Shown here: piece by piece, positions 63,620 through 64,000 of the stretch | Layout: each line of letters begins with the position of its first letter | How positions within the stretch are numbered: the first letter of the stretch is position 1 | Sequence record: JX128257 | Source of the DNA: Escherichia phage ECML-4 | Strand: one strand, 5' to 3' | DNA: 64,000 nucleotides | The notes under the pieces: model-generated | Database searches by the model: none | What the model was told of the DNA's origin: nothing | Seen by the model: the letters and a program-made list of their open reading frames with translations, nothing else | Made by a program: the position numbers and the translations under genes

Positions 63620-63800
63620 TTATGTTGTAAACGAACGGCGTTAATAAAGCAACACCGCCCGAATAATATAACGCGTAAACATTCAATATTTCGGTTGAGT
63701 CTAATTCAACGATGCCCAAATATTTCATAACACCGACAAGCATAGCTGAAAAGCACATCACCAGACCGACGAACACAAAATATTTAGACATCTTTTTCAT
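63597..63800 (-). CDS. small membrane protein
   Basis: 67 aa with two hydrophobic segments. Confidence 0.4.
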   Translation of the reverse strand: MKKMSKYFVFVGLVMCFSAMLVGVMKYLGIVELDSTEILNVYALYYSGGVALLTPFVYNIIESFKRN

Positions 63801-63803
63801 TAT

Positions 63804-63992
63804 CTACGCCTTACGCATTAGCCCCAGAAGGGACACGGATGAGGTCTTTGGTTCTTCCTTGGCGACGGCCTTGTTTTTAGTTTTGGATGCCTTCTGCGGC
63901 TTCTCAGGCACTCTGTGAGCCAAAGGATCCTGACCGCCGACTTCACGCGTCATCGGATTGGTTTCGCAATAGCCGTAGAAGTCTTTCGACAT
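63804..63992 (-). CDS. hypothetical protein
   Basis: ORF near the window end. Confidence 0.35.
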   Translation of the reverse strand: MSKDFYGYCETNPMTREVGGQDPLAHRVPEKPQKASKTKNKAVAKEEPKTSSVSLLGLMRKA

Positions 63993-64000
63993 CAGATTGT

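Noticed and set aside
1-64000. tRNA genes, CRISPR arrays, integrase or transposase signatures
   Set aside because: By-eye scan of intergenic regions for T-loop-like GTTCRANYC motifs in a cloverleaf context found none, and no direct-repeat arrays or recombinase ORFs were seen. A tRNAscan or Aragorn run would be the definitive check.

Overview
This 64 kb window reads as a contiguous segment of a large virulent T4-like myovirus genome (about 45% GC by eye, tightly packed genes with Shine-Dalgarno sites, many rho-independent terminators). No rRNA, tRNA, CRISPR array, integrase or transposase was found. All homology calls come from reading the translated ORFs and motifs by eye; no database search was run. 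Hand-derived start codons and hairpin or promoter coordinates may be off by 1-2 nt. Layout: (1) 1-8.3 kb, plus strand: an abundant small protein, an endolysin (PG-binding domain plus muramidase-like domain), PhoH, and class I ribonucleotide reductase NrdA/NrdB with a glutaredoxin-like redoxin. (2) 8.3-11.7 kb, minus strand: baseplate genes (gp25-like, a gp5-like hub with a CHAP-type hydrolase domain, and a zinc-ribbon structural protein) preceded by T4-type late promoter motifs. (3) 11.7-32.2 kb, plus strand: replication, recombination and nucleotide metabolism (RuvC-like resolvase, gp32 SSB, a P-loop kinase, a thymidylate-synthase-family enzyme, dNMP kinase, dimeric dUTPase-like pyrophosphatase, UvsX, an HNH-AP2 homing endonuclease, gp41-like helicase, ATP-dependent DNA ligase, gp59-like loader). 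(4) 32.2-37.1 kb, minus strand: tail-length/baseplate-hub module. (5) 37.7-45.5 kb, minus strand: a dense island of small early-type genes including dCMP deaminase, a metallophosphoesterase, a QueC-like PP-loop ATPase, a DexA-like exonuclease and a Macro-domain protein. (6) 45.5-64 kb, minus strand: topoisomerase II subunits, MazG-like pyrophosphatase, an Ig-like protein, rIIA/rIIB, and a run of small and membrane proteins including a LemA-like protein. The most interesting leads are the candidate anti-defense island (Macro domain plus orphan PP-loop ATPase), the thymidylate-synthase-homolog plus kinase cluster that suggests a modified-pyrimidine pathway, the endolysin ribosome-binding site locked in a hairpin beside a late-promoter-like motif, and the LemA-like membrane pair.
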